Below are positions 42,051 through 52,637 of a stretch of DNA of 64,000 nt, in pieces. Origin of the DNA: Ignavibacteriota bacterium (lineage in GTDB: Bacteria; Bacteroidota; Ignavibacteria; UBA10030); the NCBI GenBank assembly GCA_963727825.1, contig CAVSHO010000013.1, forward strand, positions 1-64,000, read 5' to 3'. The position numbers and the translations under genes are program-made. Within the stretch, counting starts at the first letter, position 1. Every line of letters starts with the position of its first letter. The notes beneath the pieces are model-generated. The model searched no databases, was not told the origin of the DNA, and saw nothing but the letters and a program-made list of their open reading frames with translations.

Positions 42051-43064
42051 CTAAGTATTCTGTGCGGCTTTGATAAGGCGATCCATAATCGCTGCACCGA
42101 TTCCTTTCTCCTCAACACTTTCCACAAGCATGCAGTCAACATTTAAGTTGTCTAATTCACGAAGCGCTCGAAAAATGTTCTTCGCATAGCTTTCAGCAGA
42201 TGAAGAGAGAATAAGATGGAATTTTGTTGCATCGATAACGTTCATATTTTCTGAATAAGTAATCGCGCCGACCATTTTTCCCTCGCCTTTCATTCTGTTC
42301 ATTTGTGCTATGAAAGCTTCGCGATCGTTTTTGGGAATAAGAAACACACGTGCTTTTGGCGCATAGTGGCGATGCCTGGTTCCCGGCGAACGTCGAAGTA
42401 TTTCTATAGCGTTTGTCTGGCGAGTTTCTCCTATCTCTTTCTCAATATCTTCACGGCTTAGGCCACCTATTCTTAAAATTACAGGTGGATTAATTGTTAC
42501 ATCTATAACTGTCGATTCCATGCCAATTTTCGTTGGCCCTGCATCCATAATAATATCAATCTTTTCGTTTAAATCATGATACACATGTTCAGCCGAAGTT
42601 GGACTTGGACGCCCGGAAATATTCGCACTTGGTCCAACAATGCCGCCTTCAAATCTTTTTAATAGTTCTAAAGTTATCGGATGGTTTGGAATTCTAATCG
42701 CTACAGTATCCAAACCAGCGGTCACAATATCCGGAACATTCGATTTTCGTTTAACTACAAGTGTAAGCGGACCTGGCCAGAACCGCTTTGCAAGTTGTAA
42801 TCCTTTGTCTGAAATCTCTGCCATAAAATGCCATGCGATTTCCAGAGATGCAACATGAACAATAAGCGGGTTATCAGACGGCCTTCCCTTCGCTTCAAAG
42901 ACTTTTTTAACGGCGTCTGCTTTTAAAGCATCAGCACCTAGACCATAAACTGTTTCCGTGGGGAACGCAACTAACCCTCCTGAACGAAGCATTGCAACTG
43001 CACTGTTAATACCATCCGGACTCGGATGTTCTCCAAAGAATTGCAAAATTTTCGTCGTTGGCAT
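42051..43064 (-). CDS. sua5: Threonylcarbamoyl-AMP synthase (YrdC + SUA5 domains)
   Basis: VAFPTETVYGLG, KGRPSDNPLIVH, PSANISG, SPG...RHYAP. Confidence 0.95.
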   Translation of the reverse strand: MPTTKILQFFGEHPSPDGINSAVAMLRSGGLVAFPTETVYGLGADALKADAVKKVFEAKGRPSDNPLIVHVASLEIAWHFMAEISDKGLQLAKRFWPGPLTLVVKRKSNVPDIVTAGLDTVAIRIPNHPITLELLKRFEGGIVGPSANISGRPSPTSAEHVYHDLNEKIDIIMDAGPTKIGMESTVIDVTINPPVILRIGGLSREDIEKEIGETRQTNAIEILRRSPGTRHRHYAPKARVFLIPKNDREAFIAQMNRMKGEGKMVGAITYSENMNVIDATKFHLILSSSAESYAKNIFRALRELDNLNVDCMLVESVEEKGIGAAIMDRLIKAAQNT

Positions 43065-43091
43065 TTTTTTAGGATTATTGAAAAACCGTCT

Positions 43092-45092
43092 CTATTCGAC
43101 AGCATCCAACAATATCTCCGCAAGATCTTTTACTTTCACTATCTCAGTCGCCTCTTTATCTTTCACACCGTCTTCTAACATTGTCAAACAAAATGGGCAA
43201 GCAGTTCCGATTACATCTGGTTTTAACGCAAGTGCTTCTTCTATTCGCTCAACGTTGACGCGCTTGCCCTCGGTCTCTTCCATCCACATTCTGCCGCCAC
43301 CAGCGCCGCAGCAGAATCCTTTTGATTTCGAACGTTTCATTTCCACCATTTTCAAACCTGGAAGTGCATTGAGAATCTCTCGTGGTTGATCGTAAATATC
43401 ATTGTACCTTCCGAGATAACACGAATCATGAAAAGTCACTTTCGCCGCTTCTTCTTTTATTACCTTCAATTTACCTTCGTTAATGAGATTCATTAAGAAA
43501 TCGGTGTGATGAACGACTTCATAGTTTCCGCCAAATTGAGGATATTCATTCTTCAGCGTATTAAAGCAATGTGGACATGTTGTTACAATCCTTTTCACGT
43601 TATATCCATTGAGAGTTGATATGTTCTCTTTCATCAGCATTTGAGCAAGATATTCATTTCCAATTCGTCGCGCGGAATCACCGGTGCATTTTTCTTCTGT
43701 TCCAAGAATGGCGAATTTGATTCCTGCTTTCTGCATAAGCTTTGCGAATGCTTGTGTCACCTTTTTGTAACGTGAATCAAATGCTCCGGCACAGCCGACC
43801 CAAAAAAGGATTTCCACATCTTGTGTCTGCGACATCTGGGGAATATTAATTCCCTCTGCCCAATCAGCACGAGCCGACGCAGGGAATGCCCACGGGCTAG
43901 AATTCGTTTCAAGATTTTTAAACAAAACCTGAACCTCCGGCGGGAAATTTGATTCCATCAAAACTAGACTCCGGCGCAATTCCACAATAGCCGGAATGTG
44001 TTCGTTATTCACTGGACATTCTTGTACACATGCCATGCAAGTCGTGCAAGCAAACAGTTCCTCCGCTGTGAGATAATGATGCAACAGCGTATTCTCTAAA
44101 GGATCTTTTCCCACTTCCTTAACTTTACCAACTTTATCACTTTCAAGCAGTAATGGCCCTTTTTCTGCAACACGATGCCGAATATCTGTCATGATCTTTT
44201 TTGGAGAAAGCTTTTTTCCTGTAATATTCGCAGGGCATGAATCTGTACAACGGCCGCATTCCGTGCAGGTAAATCCATCAAGCAATTGTTTCCAGGTCAA
44301 ATCATCAATATCTGTTGCGCCGAACTTTTCCACCCCTTCTGCTTCAAGATCAATTGGCTCCAATGCACCCTTAGGTTTCAATGATGAAAGAAAAACATTC
44401 GGGATAGATGTTAGTATGTGTGCATGCTTTGAGTATGGCAAATAATTTAAAAATCCAAGCACGAGTACTATATGCATCCACCAGTAAATTTCAAATAGAA
44501 TATTATTTATAGATACAGTTGATGCAGTCAAAATTGGAATTAGCGCTTCCGAGAGAAAATGTCCTCCCGGATTCACATCAACTTGGATACGAACCGCATT
44601 CTGTCCTAATAAACATATCATAATAAGAAAAATGGTTAGGAGAATTGCAGTTGCATCAATTTGCGCGTGTCTATCAACTTGCAACCGCTTGGGCCGAAGA
44701 ATAAATCGGCGATACAAAGCAATAAAAACTCCCACCATTACGAGTCCTGCAAACAAATCCTGACAGAATTGCAATGGCTGATAGAAAATGCCAATGAACC
44801 GAAATGTGAAACCAGAAGACAATCCATCACCGATTGCTTCCAAAATGGATGACAGTAAAACCAAGAACCCCCAGAAGATAAATGCATGCATCATACCCGG
44901 TATTGGTTCTCGGAAAAGTTTTGATTGGCCGAATGCCACAGTCATCATCCTTTTAAATCTTTCTGATAGATGATCCAATCGGTTCTCAGGCTTGCCAATT
45001 GAAATCAACCTTATCATTCTCCGTAAACTTAATCCGAATAATCCAAGTGCGCCTAACAATATACTTGCAAAGACGATTGTCTTAATTGTCAT
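43092..45092 (-). CDS. Membrane-anchored Fe-S oxidoreductase (FadF/HdrD-like: NarI-like membrane part + 4Fe-4S + two CCG domains)
   Basis: TM helices with His residues; CTECGRC..CP and CTTCMAC..CP; CCG motifs CPHC, HDSCYLGR, CCGAGG, ACPFC. Confidence 0.9.
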   Translation of the reverse strand: MTIKTIVFASILLGALGLFGLSLRRMIRLISIGKPENRLDHLSERFKRMMTVAFGQSKLFREPIPGMMHAFIFWGFLVLLSSILEAIGDGLSSGFTFRFIGIFYQPLQFCQDLFAGLVMVGVFIALYRRFILRPKRLQVDRHAQIDATAILLTIFLIMICLLGQNAVRIQVDVNPGGHFLSEALIPILTASTVSINNILFEIYWWMHIVLVLGFLNYLPYSKHAHILTSIPNVFLSSLKPKGALEPIDLEAEGVEKFGATDIDDLTWKQLLDGFTCTECGRCTDSCPANITGKKLSPKKIMTDIRHRVAEKGPLLLESDKVGKVKEVGKDPLENTLLHHYLTAEELFACTTCMACVQECPVNNEHIPAIVELRRSLVLMESNFPPEVQVLFKNLETNSSPWAFPASARADWAEGINIPQMSQTQDVEILFWVGCAGAFDSRYKKVTQAFAKLMQKAGIKFAILGTEEKCTGDSARRIGNEYLAQMLMKENISTLNGYNVKRIVTTCPHCFNTLKNEYPQFGGNYEVVHHTDFLMNLINEGKLKVIKEEAAKVTFHDSCYLGRYNDIYDQPREILNALPGLKMVEMKRSKSKGFCCGAGGGRMWMEETEGKRVNVERIEEALALKPDVIGTACPFCLTMLEDGVKDKEATEIVKVKDLAEILLDAVE

Positions 45093-45113
45093 TCCACTTT
45101 TCCTTTTTATCTA

Positions 45114-46037
45114 TCAAATCTTTAACAATGCATTCAAGATTGTAACTGCCTCGCCACCAATACTAACGTTTTCAATTCCCTTCTTACCACAATTCACACG
45201 AATTTTTACTCTCCCTATCCTCTTCATTTCATCTCCCTGCTCACCAACGAATTCCAACCTTCCATCCGATAATTCACGGCTTGCGACAGGATATCCTGCC
45301 GGTAAAACATATTTTTTGAGATAACACCCTAATGGGCCATTTGCAGAACCTGTCACCGGATCTTCGTCTATTCCATAGTTCGGTGCAAAGAATCGCGAAT
45401 GAACCGCTGAATTCTTTTCTCTTGTCTCTAAAGAAAACAGGCATACACCATTGACCTTCATTTTCTTTAATCCATTTGCCAATACCGGAAAATCTGGATT
45501 GATTTTTTCTAACGTGGCGATACGATTCACGGGAATATAGAAATATAAATCGGTAACGACTGGTATATCCTTCTTCAATTCTTTTATTGACAGACCAATA
45601 GCATGCAGCAGGGATATCGGGACTTTCTTTTTAATCTGAAATCTTGGCAGCGGCAGCTCAAATTCAACGCTTGTATCATAAAAATTCTTCTCTACTCTTA
45701 TCGGTAAAATGCCGCTCTTCGTTTGTAATTTAAAGTAATGCTGTCCATTAGTACTCATACCTTCCATTCCTTCTTCGGCAAGAGCATGAAAACTTGCTAT
45801 CGTTGCGTGACCACATAATGGAACTTCGCAGAGCGGAGAAAACCATCGAATACGCAGGTTTGCATCCTCTTCTGTTGCTGGAAGAATAAATGCTGTCTCT
45901 GGTGTATTCACTTCTCGTGCAATAAGCTGCATTTGTATATCAGTTAGGCCATCGGCGTCTAACACAACACCTGCAGGATTACCCGCAAACTTCATTCTCG
46001 TAAATGCATCGACAAGTTTCAGATGATAAGTTTTCAT
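45114..46037 (-). CDS. PhzF-family isomerase/epimerase
   Basis: VDAF..GNPAGV, ETAF, EVPLCGHAT, EDPVTGSA. Confidence 0.9.
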   Translation of the reverse strand: MKTYHLKLVDAFTRMKFAGNPAGVVLDADGLTDIQMQLIAREVNTPETAFILPATEEDANLRIRWFSPLCEVPLCGHATIASFHALAEEGMEGMSTNGQHYFKLQTKSGILPIRVEKNFYDTSVEFELPLPRFQIKKKVPISLLHAIGLSIKELKKDIPVVTDLYFYIPVNRIATLEKINPDFPVLANGLKKMKVNGVCLFSLETREKNSAVHSRFFAPNYGIDEDPVTGSANGPLGCYLKKYVLPAGYPVASRELSDGRLEFVGEQGDEMKRIGRVKIRVNCGKKGIENVSIGGEAVTILNALLKI

Positions 46038-46041
46038 TGTC

Positions 46042-46461
46042 TCATCTTCCCATTAGTTGGACAACAATGTCTCTATTCCGTGCTCGGTTGTCGAAATCTA
46101 TCAGTACAATTTGTTGCCACGTTCCCAGAAGCACCTCGCCGTTGCAAAATGGCACCACGAGCGACGGCCCCAGAAATGATGCCCTAACATGCGCATGACC
46201 ATTTCCGTCTCCCCATGTATCATCGTGATGATAGCGCACATCGCTTGGTGCAATTCGTTCCAGCATTACTGGAATATCTTTCTTTAATCCCTGTTCAAAT
46301 TCAGTTGTTGTGATAGAAGCGGTCGAACCCACAACAAAAACCGTTGCAATGCCTTCTTTCAAACTATGCTTCTGAAGCACAGCAGCAACCTGGCCTGTAA
46401 TATTGATAACTTCCGAATTTCCATGGGTCGCCACTTTAATATGTTCTGTTATGATTTCCAC
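46042..46461 (-). CDS. yjbQ: YjbQ / UPF0047 protein
   Basis: GSTASIT, Y.H...DGNGHAHVRAS, LGTWQQIVLIDFD. Confidence 0.9.
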   Translation of the reverse strand: MEIITEHIKVATHGNSEVINITGQVAAVLQKHSLKEGIATVFVVGSTASITTTEFEQGLKKDIPVMLERIAPSDVRYHHDDTWGDGNGHAHVRASFLGPSLVVPFCNGEVLLGTWQQIVLIDFDNRARNRDIVVQLMGR

Positions 46462-47339
46462 ACTTGCAATGCCGTTAACATAGTTTGATGCTTGATGAAG
46501 AACAATAAATTGTTTTTTACGATAAACGTGTCTATGCTTGGAATCTTTACATCTTCAGCAATAATTTCATTGTGAAGTATCTTTTCGCTTTTTAAATCAT
46601 AAACCGATAAGATGTTATTCAGTAATGATGATTCGGATTTATTTTGCGCTTCACGATATTGACTTATAATGAGTATGTCGGAACGCAAGAGATATTCAAT
46701 CCAGTCTTTGAGTGCTTTGCTTTCTGTAATTCGTTGAACCGCTGTCTTGATAATTGGAACTGCTCCATTTTCATCAAACACTTCGGGAAATATTACAGCT
46801 TGCTGACGCTCGAAATCTTTTTCTGACACTTTTTGATGAAGCTCTTGCAACAAATCAAGATTACCGGAGTACTCATTTAATAGTGTTCCTGTTTTGATGT
46901 CAAATTCGCAAGCGATGTGTTTTTCAAAGAGATATTTATGCGCATAGAGCTTCTCATTATCGATGAACCATAATGAAAGATGGTCATTTCTCCAAAGAAG
47001 TTTACCTGATTCAATATCAATTATACGAATTCCGCGATGTTCCGGCATATCTGGTCTGACATATCCGTGCAAAATCATCCATCTCTCATGCACCGCTTCA
47101 ATTCCAATCCACCAGGGTTCGTCAAAGCTAATATTTTTCCACAGATGTTTTCCGGAATGTATATCGACGCAAAAAAAGCCAGTTGATTTCGCTTCTTGAT
47201 TACGCGTCTCGCCAATAATGTGATTATTTGAAGTAAAGAATATCCGCCAAATCAATGTGCCAGCATCGAAAACCCATGCCGGTTTCAATTGCTTTTCTTT
47301 TAAGAATGGGATCATAGAAACCATATAATGTACTAACAT
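46449..47339 (-). CDS. Hypothetical protein (DUF4905-like)
   Basis: IWR..GETR, EPWWIG, MPEHRGI..ID..G..LW, C-terminal DTF. Family assignment is from memory. Confidence 0.6.
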   Translation of the reverse strand: MLVHYMVSMIPFLKEKQLKPAWVFDAGTLIWRIFFTSNNHIIGETRNQEAKSTGFFCVDIHSGKHLWKNISFDEPWWIGIEAVHERWMILHGYVRPDMPEHRGIRIIDIESGKLLWRNDHLSLWFIDNEKLYAHKYLFEKHIACEFDIKTGTLLNEYSGNLDLLQELHQKVSEKDFERQQAVIFPEVFDENGAVPIIKTAVQRITESKALKDWIEYLLRSDILIISQYREAQNKSESSLLNNILSVYDLKSEKILHNEIIAEDVKIPSIDTFIVKNNLLFFIKHQTMLTALQVWKS

Positions 47340-47379
47340 ACCGCTTTTTTAAAGTAGTTTCAACCAATTGCTGCATAAC

Positions 47380-47411
47380 AAAAAAGGCCAACCAAAATCT
47401 GATTGACCTTT
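47380..47411 (-). terminator. Intrinsic terminator after the glutathione peroxidase gene
   Basis: AAAGGUCAAUCA/UGGUUGGCCUUU stem followed by a U tract. Confidence 0.65.
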
Positions 47412-47439
47412 CGTCATAAATTCTTTAAGGCAGAGTATA

Positions 47440-48012
47440 TTAGCTCCCTAAAAGTTTTTCAATCTCAGTAATAACCTTTACGTCTGTTGGTTCTGTGCCC
47501 GGTTCAAACTTATCTATTACATTCCCTTTCTTATCCACAAGATATTTTTGGAAATTCCATTTAACAACTCCGGGCACCGAAGATTCCTCAGTTAAGTAGC
47601 GGTAAAGCGGATGCTGGTCATTCCCTTTCACACTTATCTTTGAAAACATATCGAATGTTACGCCGTATTTCGTTGAGCAAAACTGTTTTATTTCAGAATC
47701 TGTACCAGGCTCCTGCCATAAAAAATTGTTTGCGGGAAAACCGAGAATCATAAAGCCTCGGTCTTTATATTTTTCATAAAGTGCTTCGAGTCCTTTATAC
47801 TGCGGGGTATGACCGCATTTTGATGCGACATTCACGATCATCAGTACATTTCCCTTGTAATCTGATAGTTTTTTTTCGTTTCCATCAATCGTCTTCATTG
47901 TAAATGAATACAACGCTGGTTGTGTTTCCATCTGCTTCTCCTTGGTTTGTGCTATTACAATTATCTGGAACATGAGCAATGCTACAAGCACTATTGCATT
48001 TGTGTATTTCAT
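47440..48012 (-). CDS. Cys-type glutathione peroxidase with signal peptide
   Basis: VNVASKCG, FPANNF..QEPG, FC, WNF.KYL. Signal peptide MKYTNAIVLVALL..VIA-Q. Confidence 0.92.
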   Translation of the reverse strand: MKYTNAIVLVALLMFQIIVIAQTKEKQMETQPALYSFTMKTIDGNEKKLSDYKGNVLMIVNVASKCGHTPQYKGLEALYEKYKDRGFMILGFPANNFLWQEPGTDSEIKQFCSTKYGVTFDMFSKISVKGNDQHPLYRYLTEESSVPGVVKWNFQKYLVDKKGNVIDKFEPGTEPTDVKVITEIEKLLGS

Positions 48013-48093
48013 GGTTGTACCTTTTAAATTCGAGTTTATTAAATTCAATAGTACAACATCAAACACAAGGAAGAAAGTTTCAATAGACAAGAA

Positions 48094-48288
48094 TTAATTT
48101 TGTCCAGCGACTGGGACAATCCACCAAGCTATTAGATAAGCGATGAAAAATGGAAAAAAACCGGTTGCAAGACCGAGCACTATTACAATAAGCCGAATAA
48201 TGGTCGGATCGGTATCTGTCATTTCACCGATGCCGCCACAAATTCCCGCAATTTTCTTGTTCGTTTGTGAACGATAGAGCTTTTTCAT
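48094..48288 (-). CDS. pspC: PspC-domain protein
   Basis: KKLYRS..KKIAGICGGI..DPTIIR, YLIAWWIVP. Confidence 0.9.
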   Translation of the reverse strand: MKKLYRSQTNKKIAGICGGIGEMTDTDPTIIRLIVIVLGLATGFFPFFIAYLIAWWIVPVAGQN

Positions 48289-48309
48289 ACATAACCTCTT
48301 GTTTGATTA

Positions 48310-49119
48310 CTAAAGCGTCTGCGTTGCATTCGATACGATGCTACGGTGTGGAGTGATTTCATTCCCTCCAGAGAAACGGACATCACCTATAATTTTCATC
48401 TGTCGAATGTCACCTACTGCAGTATACGCAAGTTGCGGGAGAACGGTTGCAGTAACTATCAAACTGAATATTGGAAAGGGAGTCATTCTATGCTGAGAAA
48501 AATGTTTATATGAATAAATCTCTATAACAAGAAGCTTAAATAATTGTTTTAAGCTAATTAGATGTTCATCTGAACCAAGAATTTTTAGATACTCAAATAC
48601 TGAACTCAGGAATTCCTTTTCAGATGTAATTGCTTGGTCAGTATCAGATTGCATTTCACCAATCTGTATTCTGATATGCAATTCTTTTGCTATTGGATCA
48701 AGAGTACATGTCTCTGTCTGAGAAAAGAAGGGATGACGTTTATCAAGACTTGGATCAAGTTTCCAAATATCCAACACTGTAGTCTTTTCGCCTTTCTGGA
48801 GCATCAACAAATCCTTAGTATGAACAAGTGCTTTTTCATAAGTTCGATGATCGAGTATTTCCTTCTTCCGCTTTTTTATTTCATCCTCGTTAACCTTCAT
48901 ATGTGGATCAAGTAAAGAACGTTTGACCATATACATAACAAATACAAGCAAACTCAAATAAGTGATTACAAACATAAGAACTGCTATTGAGCTGTTATAC
49001 GTCGAAATCCACCAAACCATAGGTACAGCGACAAATATTAAAACTATAGCAACAGCAATAATCCATGGATTCCACCACCATACTTTTCTTCTTATGAAAT
49101 ATGCGGGTTTTGCGGCCAT
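48310..49119 (-). CDS. Hypothetical membrane protein (two N-terminal TM helices)
   Basis: 269-aa ORF co-oriented with its neighbours; no motif recognised. Confidence 0.6.
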   Translation of the reverse strand: MAAKPAYFIRRKVWWWNPWIIAVAIVLIFVAVPMVWWISTYNSSIAVLMFVITYLSLLVFVMYMVKRSLLDPHMKVNEDEIKKRKKEILDHRTYEKALVHTKDLLMLQKGEKTTVLDIWKLDPSLDKRHPFFSQTETCTLDPIAKELHIRIQIGEMQSDTDQAITSEKEFLSSVFEYLKILGSDEHLISLKQLFKLLVIEIYSYKHFSQHRMTPFPIFSLIVTATVLPQLAYTAVGDIRQMKIIGDVRFSGGNEITPHRSIVSNATQTL

Positions 49120-49171
49120 CGGAACTCTGTTCTTCTATCTTTAATTTTCTCTAAAAGGAACTATTACCTTC

Positions 49172-49603
49172 TTATTCTACAACAACTTTCCGCATTTGCT
49201 TGGTTTGGCTCCGTGATTTTTTTGTACGAAGCCGCATTTCGCGAGCTGTGTGTGTCGGCTTGGTAGCGATTCGTTTTTTATGCACTATTAGTGCTGATTT
49301 CAAAAGAGTAGATAATCGTTCAACTGCTAGGAGCTGCTTATTCTTCCATTGACTTCTCGTATCCTGCGTGACAATATGCAACACACCCGATGAATCAAGT
49401 TGCGAAGTCAAATTGTTTAGCAAACGCTGGCGAATATGTTCTGGAATGGTCGGTGAATTTGCCACATCGAATAACACTTCAACCCGGGTTTCCAACTTAT
49501 TCACATTCTGCCCCCCAGGGCCTCCGCTCCTACTTGTTTTAAACTTCAATTCTGCAGATGGAATCTTTAATGAATGCGAAATAGTGATATTTGATTCAAG
49601 CAT
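49172..49603 (-). CDS. arfB: Alternative ribosome rescue peptidyl-tRNA hydrolase
   Basis: SRSGGPGGQNVNK, RSQ..N, basic tail RIATKPT..RLRTKK. Confidence 0.93.
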   Translation of the reverse strand: MLESNITISHSLKIPSAELKFKTSRSGGPGGQNVNKLETRVEVLFDVANSPTIPEHIRQRLLNNLTSQLDSSGVLHIVTQDTRSQWKNKQLLAVERLSTLLKSALIVHKKRIATKPTHTAREMRLRTKKSRSQTKQMRKVVVE

Positions 49604-49624
49604 CTGATATATTTTTTTGGTGTT

Positions 49625-50965
49625 TTAGTTTGCAGGAATAATATCCACTTTTTCTAATTTATCACCCTCGCGTTTGTCGGCACGTAAGAGAAGAATAGCA
49701 AAGATCAATCCAAAAATGCCGAGCATAGAAAACATCACCATGCTTGCTGTGTATGCTTGCGTAGCATCTCGCAGCAATCCATTAAGCCAAGGGAATAATG
49801 CTAATCCTATATTTTGAATCGTCGTTGTCAATCCGAAGGCCGTACCGACACGATTCTTTTCCACGATGAGCGGAATCGATGGCCACATCGCTGCAGGAAC
49901 CATAACAAATGCCGCTCCTAATACAATCATAGGAAGTGCAGGTGGAATCATCGTGAATGCCATCGTTAGAAATGCAGGAACCATAAGAATTGAACCGCCG
50001 ACCATAACCGTGGCACGTTTACCAAAACGATCAACTAACTGTCCGAAAAATGGAGCAAATACCATAGAAGCAAATATAATGATTGTGGTTGTACCGCCTG
50101 CCGTGCTAAACATATGAATTACATTGTAAAATACCTGGGTGAAGAAACCGCCTTCCGATCCTGCTGTGAGCGGCAATCCCCATTTACTATTGAAGAAATC
50201 CGTGGAAAGTGCTGTGAACGGAAATATTGCAGAATAGAAGGTAACGCAGAGAAGTGTTACGTACCAATAAGATGAACGAAATTTCTTGATATCGGCAAGA
50301 ACAATTTTATCTCCGCCGCCTTCTTCTTGAAGTTTGAGTATGCGTTCTCCTCGACGATCTAAAAATATATAAAGTGTATTCGCCAGCACCGACAGAACAC
50401 AGAAAATAACTGCCGCCCATAACGCTGCACTGTAATTTTTAAAATATTCTGCAATTAATGCTTCCGTGTTGAAACTGAAAAGCGTTCCCAGCCGGCTGAT
50501 CGTAAGTCCGATTCCAAATGCAAATGCCAATTCCTTTCCTTTAAACCAACGAGTAAAGATCGCACTTTGTGCGACTACCAATGATTCCGAACCCCAGCCA
50601 AAAATAAAACGGCCAAAGTAAAGAATCCAAATGTTTGGCGCTATGGCGACAATCAATGCGCCGACCGTAACAAGCATCGAAAAAAGTAGACTTGCTCGTC
50701 GTGTTCCAATTCTATCAATTAACAAGCCACCTATAAATACAGAAAGAATTGCCGCGATACTATAGAGCGTGTACATTTGTCCGATTGATTCGCGGCCTAT
50801 TCCGAGCGCAGAAATAAGTGTGGGAGCAATTGCACCAACGCTGTCGTATGCAAAATAGCTTCCGAACGTCAATAGGCTTACAATAAATAAAACTGCGTAT
50901 CGATATGGACGTCGAGATGGATGGAACCAGTTCGATGGCAACTTAAAGGATTCAATTTCGGCCAT
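49625..50965 (-). CDS. MFS transporter (MFSD1-like)
   Basis: FGSYFAYD, GGLLIDRIG.R, WFKGKELA.AFG, LCVTFYSAIFPF, GTAFG...IQNIG. Confidence 0.85.
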   Translation of the reverse strand: MAEIESFKLPSNWFHPSRRPYRYAVLFIVSLLTFGSYFAYDSVGAIAPTLISALGIGRESIGQMYTLYSIAAILSVFIGGLLIDRIGTRRASLLFSMLVTVGALIVAIAPNIWILYFGRFIFGWGSESLVVAQSAIFTRWFKGKELAFAFGIGLTISRLGTLFSFNTEALIAEYFKNYSAALWAAVIFCVLSVLANTLYIFLDRRGERILKLQEEGGGDKIVLADIKKFRSSYWYVTLLCVTFYSAIFPFTALSTDFFNSKWGLPLTAGSEGGFFTQVFYNVIHMFSTAGGTTTIIIFASMVFAPFFGQLVDRFGKRATVMVGGSILMVPAFLTMAFTMIPPALPMIVLGAAFVMVPAAMWPSIPLIVEKNRVGTAFGLTTTIQNIGLALFPWLNGLLRDATQAYTASMVMFSMLGIFGLIFAILLLRADKREGDKLEKVDIIPAN

Positions 50966-50991
50966 ATTATTTCCTTATAATATTTTCCCAA

Positions 50992-51028
50992 ATTAAAAGC
51001 GCTGTACGGTTTTAACCGCGCAGCGCTT
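50992..51028 (-). terminator. Intrinsic terminator between pepD and the MFS gene
   Basis: AAGCGCUG-GCGGUU / AACCGU-CAGCGCUU stem, then a U-rich tail. Confidence 0.65.
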
Positions 51029-51078
51029 ATTATGATATCTTTTTAATTAATGAATTCCAATATTTGGTTACTTTTTTT

Positions 51079-52536
51079 TCATTTCACATTTTTCAAAATA
51101 GCCAATAGGAAATTCCAGAATTTTTCCACTGTATCGAGATGAATCTTTTCATCTGGAGAATGAACTCCTTCTAGGGTTGGACCAAAAGAGATCATATCCA
51201 TGCCCGCGTATTTCTCGCCAATGATACCGCATTCTAATCCTGCATGAATTGCTTTAACGTACGGCTTTTTATTGTAAAGCGACTGATATGTTGTCTTTGC
51301 GACTTTTAAAATTGAAGAATCCATATTCGGTTTCCACCCAGGATAACCATCCGTTGTCTCCACATCCGCACCGCCAAGTATTAAAACAGATACAACCGAA
51401 TGTACAACTTCATCAATTTCCGATGCAACTGAACTTCTCTGACTTGTTGTTAAGCTTACGCCCTTTGCGTCCGTGCAGATAATCGCAACATTTGTTGATG
51501 TCTCAACTAATCCTGGAATATCTGCACTCATCTTCACTACGCCATGTGGTAATGCGGAAATTGTCAAAAGTATTTTTTTCTGCAACGCTTTCTTAAGAAC
51601 TTTTCCTTTCGACTTTCCTTTCACTTCTTCTAAAATAATTGCAAGTTCCGATTCCACGTTAGGCAATTCATCTTTAATGATAGAATTGTATTGGGAAACA
51701 ACCGCACTGGCGTCATTCAATTTTGTATTCGGAATATACACCATAGCTTCGGCTTCTCTTGGAATAGCATTGCTTTTGTTCCCACCATTGAAAGAAGAAA
51801 TTCGCACACCGAGCTTGTCAAGTTCTAATAATACGCGATTCAATATTTTTATTGAATTGCCGCGCCCCTTATCAATTTCCAATCCTGAATGTCCGCCTTT
51901 CAATCCTTTTACTTTCACAATTGCAGGCGCATATTTTTTCGGAACAATTTCATATGAAGCATTCCACGAGCCAATGGAATTTCTACCACCGGAGCAGCCG
52001 ACATAAATAGCGCCCTCTTCTTCGGAATCAAGATTCATGAGCGTCTTGCTCTTAATGAAATCTGGCTGCAAATTGTTCGCACCAGTTAATCCAGTTTCTT
52101 CATCTACAGTGAATAAAAACTCCAACGGGCCATGTTCAAGCGATTTATCTTCCATAATAGCAAGATTCGTTGCAACGGCAATTCCGTTATCTGCCCCGAG
52201 TGTTGTTCCATTCGCCATTAAAAAATTGTCTTTTACAATGAGTTCAAGCGGATCTTTCTCGAAATTATGAACTTTGTCTTTATTCTTTTCGCACACCATG
52301 TCAAGATGACCTTGTAAGCACACTGAAGGAACATTCTCATGACCTTTCGATGCCGGTTTTCGCACAACAACGTTGAGCACTTTGTCCTGTTTAACTTCTA
52401 GACCCAGCTTCTTTGCTGTCTCAACGACGTATGCTGATATTTTCTTTTCGTTTTTTGATCCGCGTGGAATTTTGCTTATTTCAGCAAAGTATTTCCATAC
52501 CAATGCTGGCCTCAAATCTGACAATGAATTCGACAT
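51079..52536 (-). CDS. pepD: Aminoacyl-histidine dipeptidase (M20C)
   Basis: QGHLDMVCEK, TLGADNG, DEETG, NLDSEE, GGHSG, IHAGLECG, HSPDE. Confidence 0.95.
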   Translation of the reverse strand: MSNSLSDLRPALVWKYFAEISKIPRGSKNEKKISAYVVETAKKLGLEVKQDKVLNVVVRKPASKGHENVPSVCLQGHLDMVCEKNKDKVHNFEKDPLELIVKDNFLMANGTTLGADNGIAVATNLAIMEDKSLEHGPLEFLFTVDEETGLTGANNLQPDFIKSKTLMNLDSEEEGAIYVGCSGGRNSIGSWNASYEIVPKKYAPAIVKVKGLKGGHSGLEIDKGRGNSIKILNRVLLELDKLGVRISSFNGGNKSNAIPREAEAMVYIPNTKLNDASAVVSQYNSIIKDELPNVESELAIILEEVKGKSKGKVLKKALQKKILLTISALPHGVVKMSADIPGLVETSTNVAIICTDAKGVSLTTSQRSSVASEIDEVVHSVVSVLILGGADVETTDGYPGWKPNMDSSILKVAKTTYQSLYNKKPYVKAIHAGLECGIIGEKYAGMDMISFGPTLEGVHSPDEKIHLDTVEKFWNFLLAILKNVK

Positions 52537-52637
52537 ATCAACCTCTTTTTTTGTTTAGAGAATCACTATTATTATTGAACTAAGCCCAAATTAATGAGCT
52601 TGTAACATTGAATTCACATAATAAGTTCATTCATTCC

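Noticed and set aside
45114-46037. Phenazine biosynthesis
   Set aside because: A lone PhzF-family gene with no other phz genes nearby.
47440-48012. Selenocysteine glutathione peroxidase
   Set aside because: The active-site codon is TGC (Cys).
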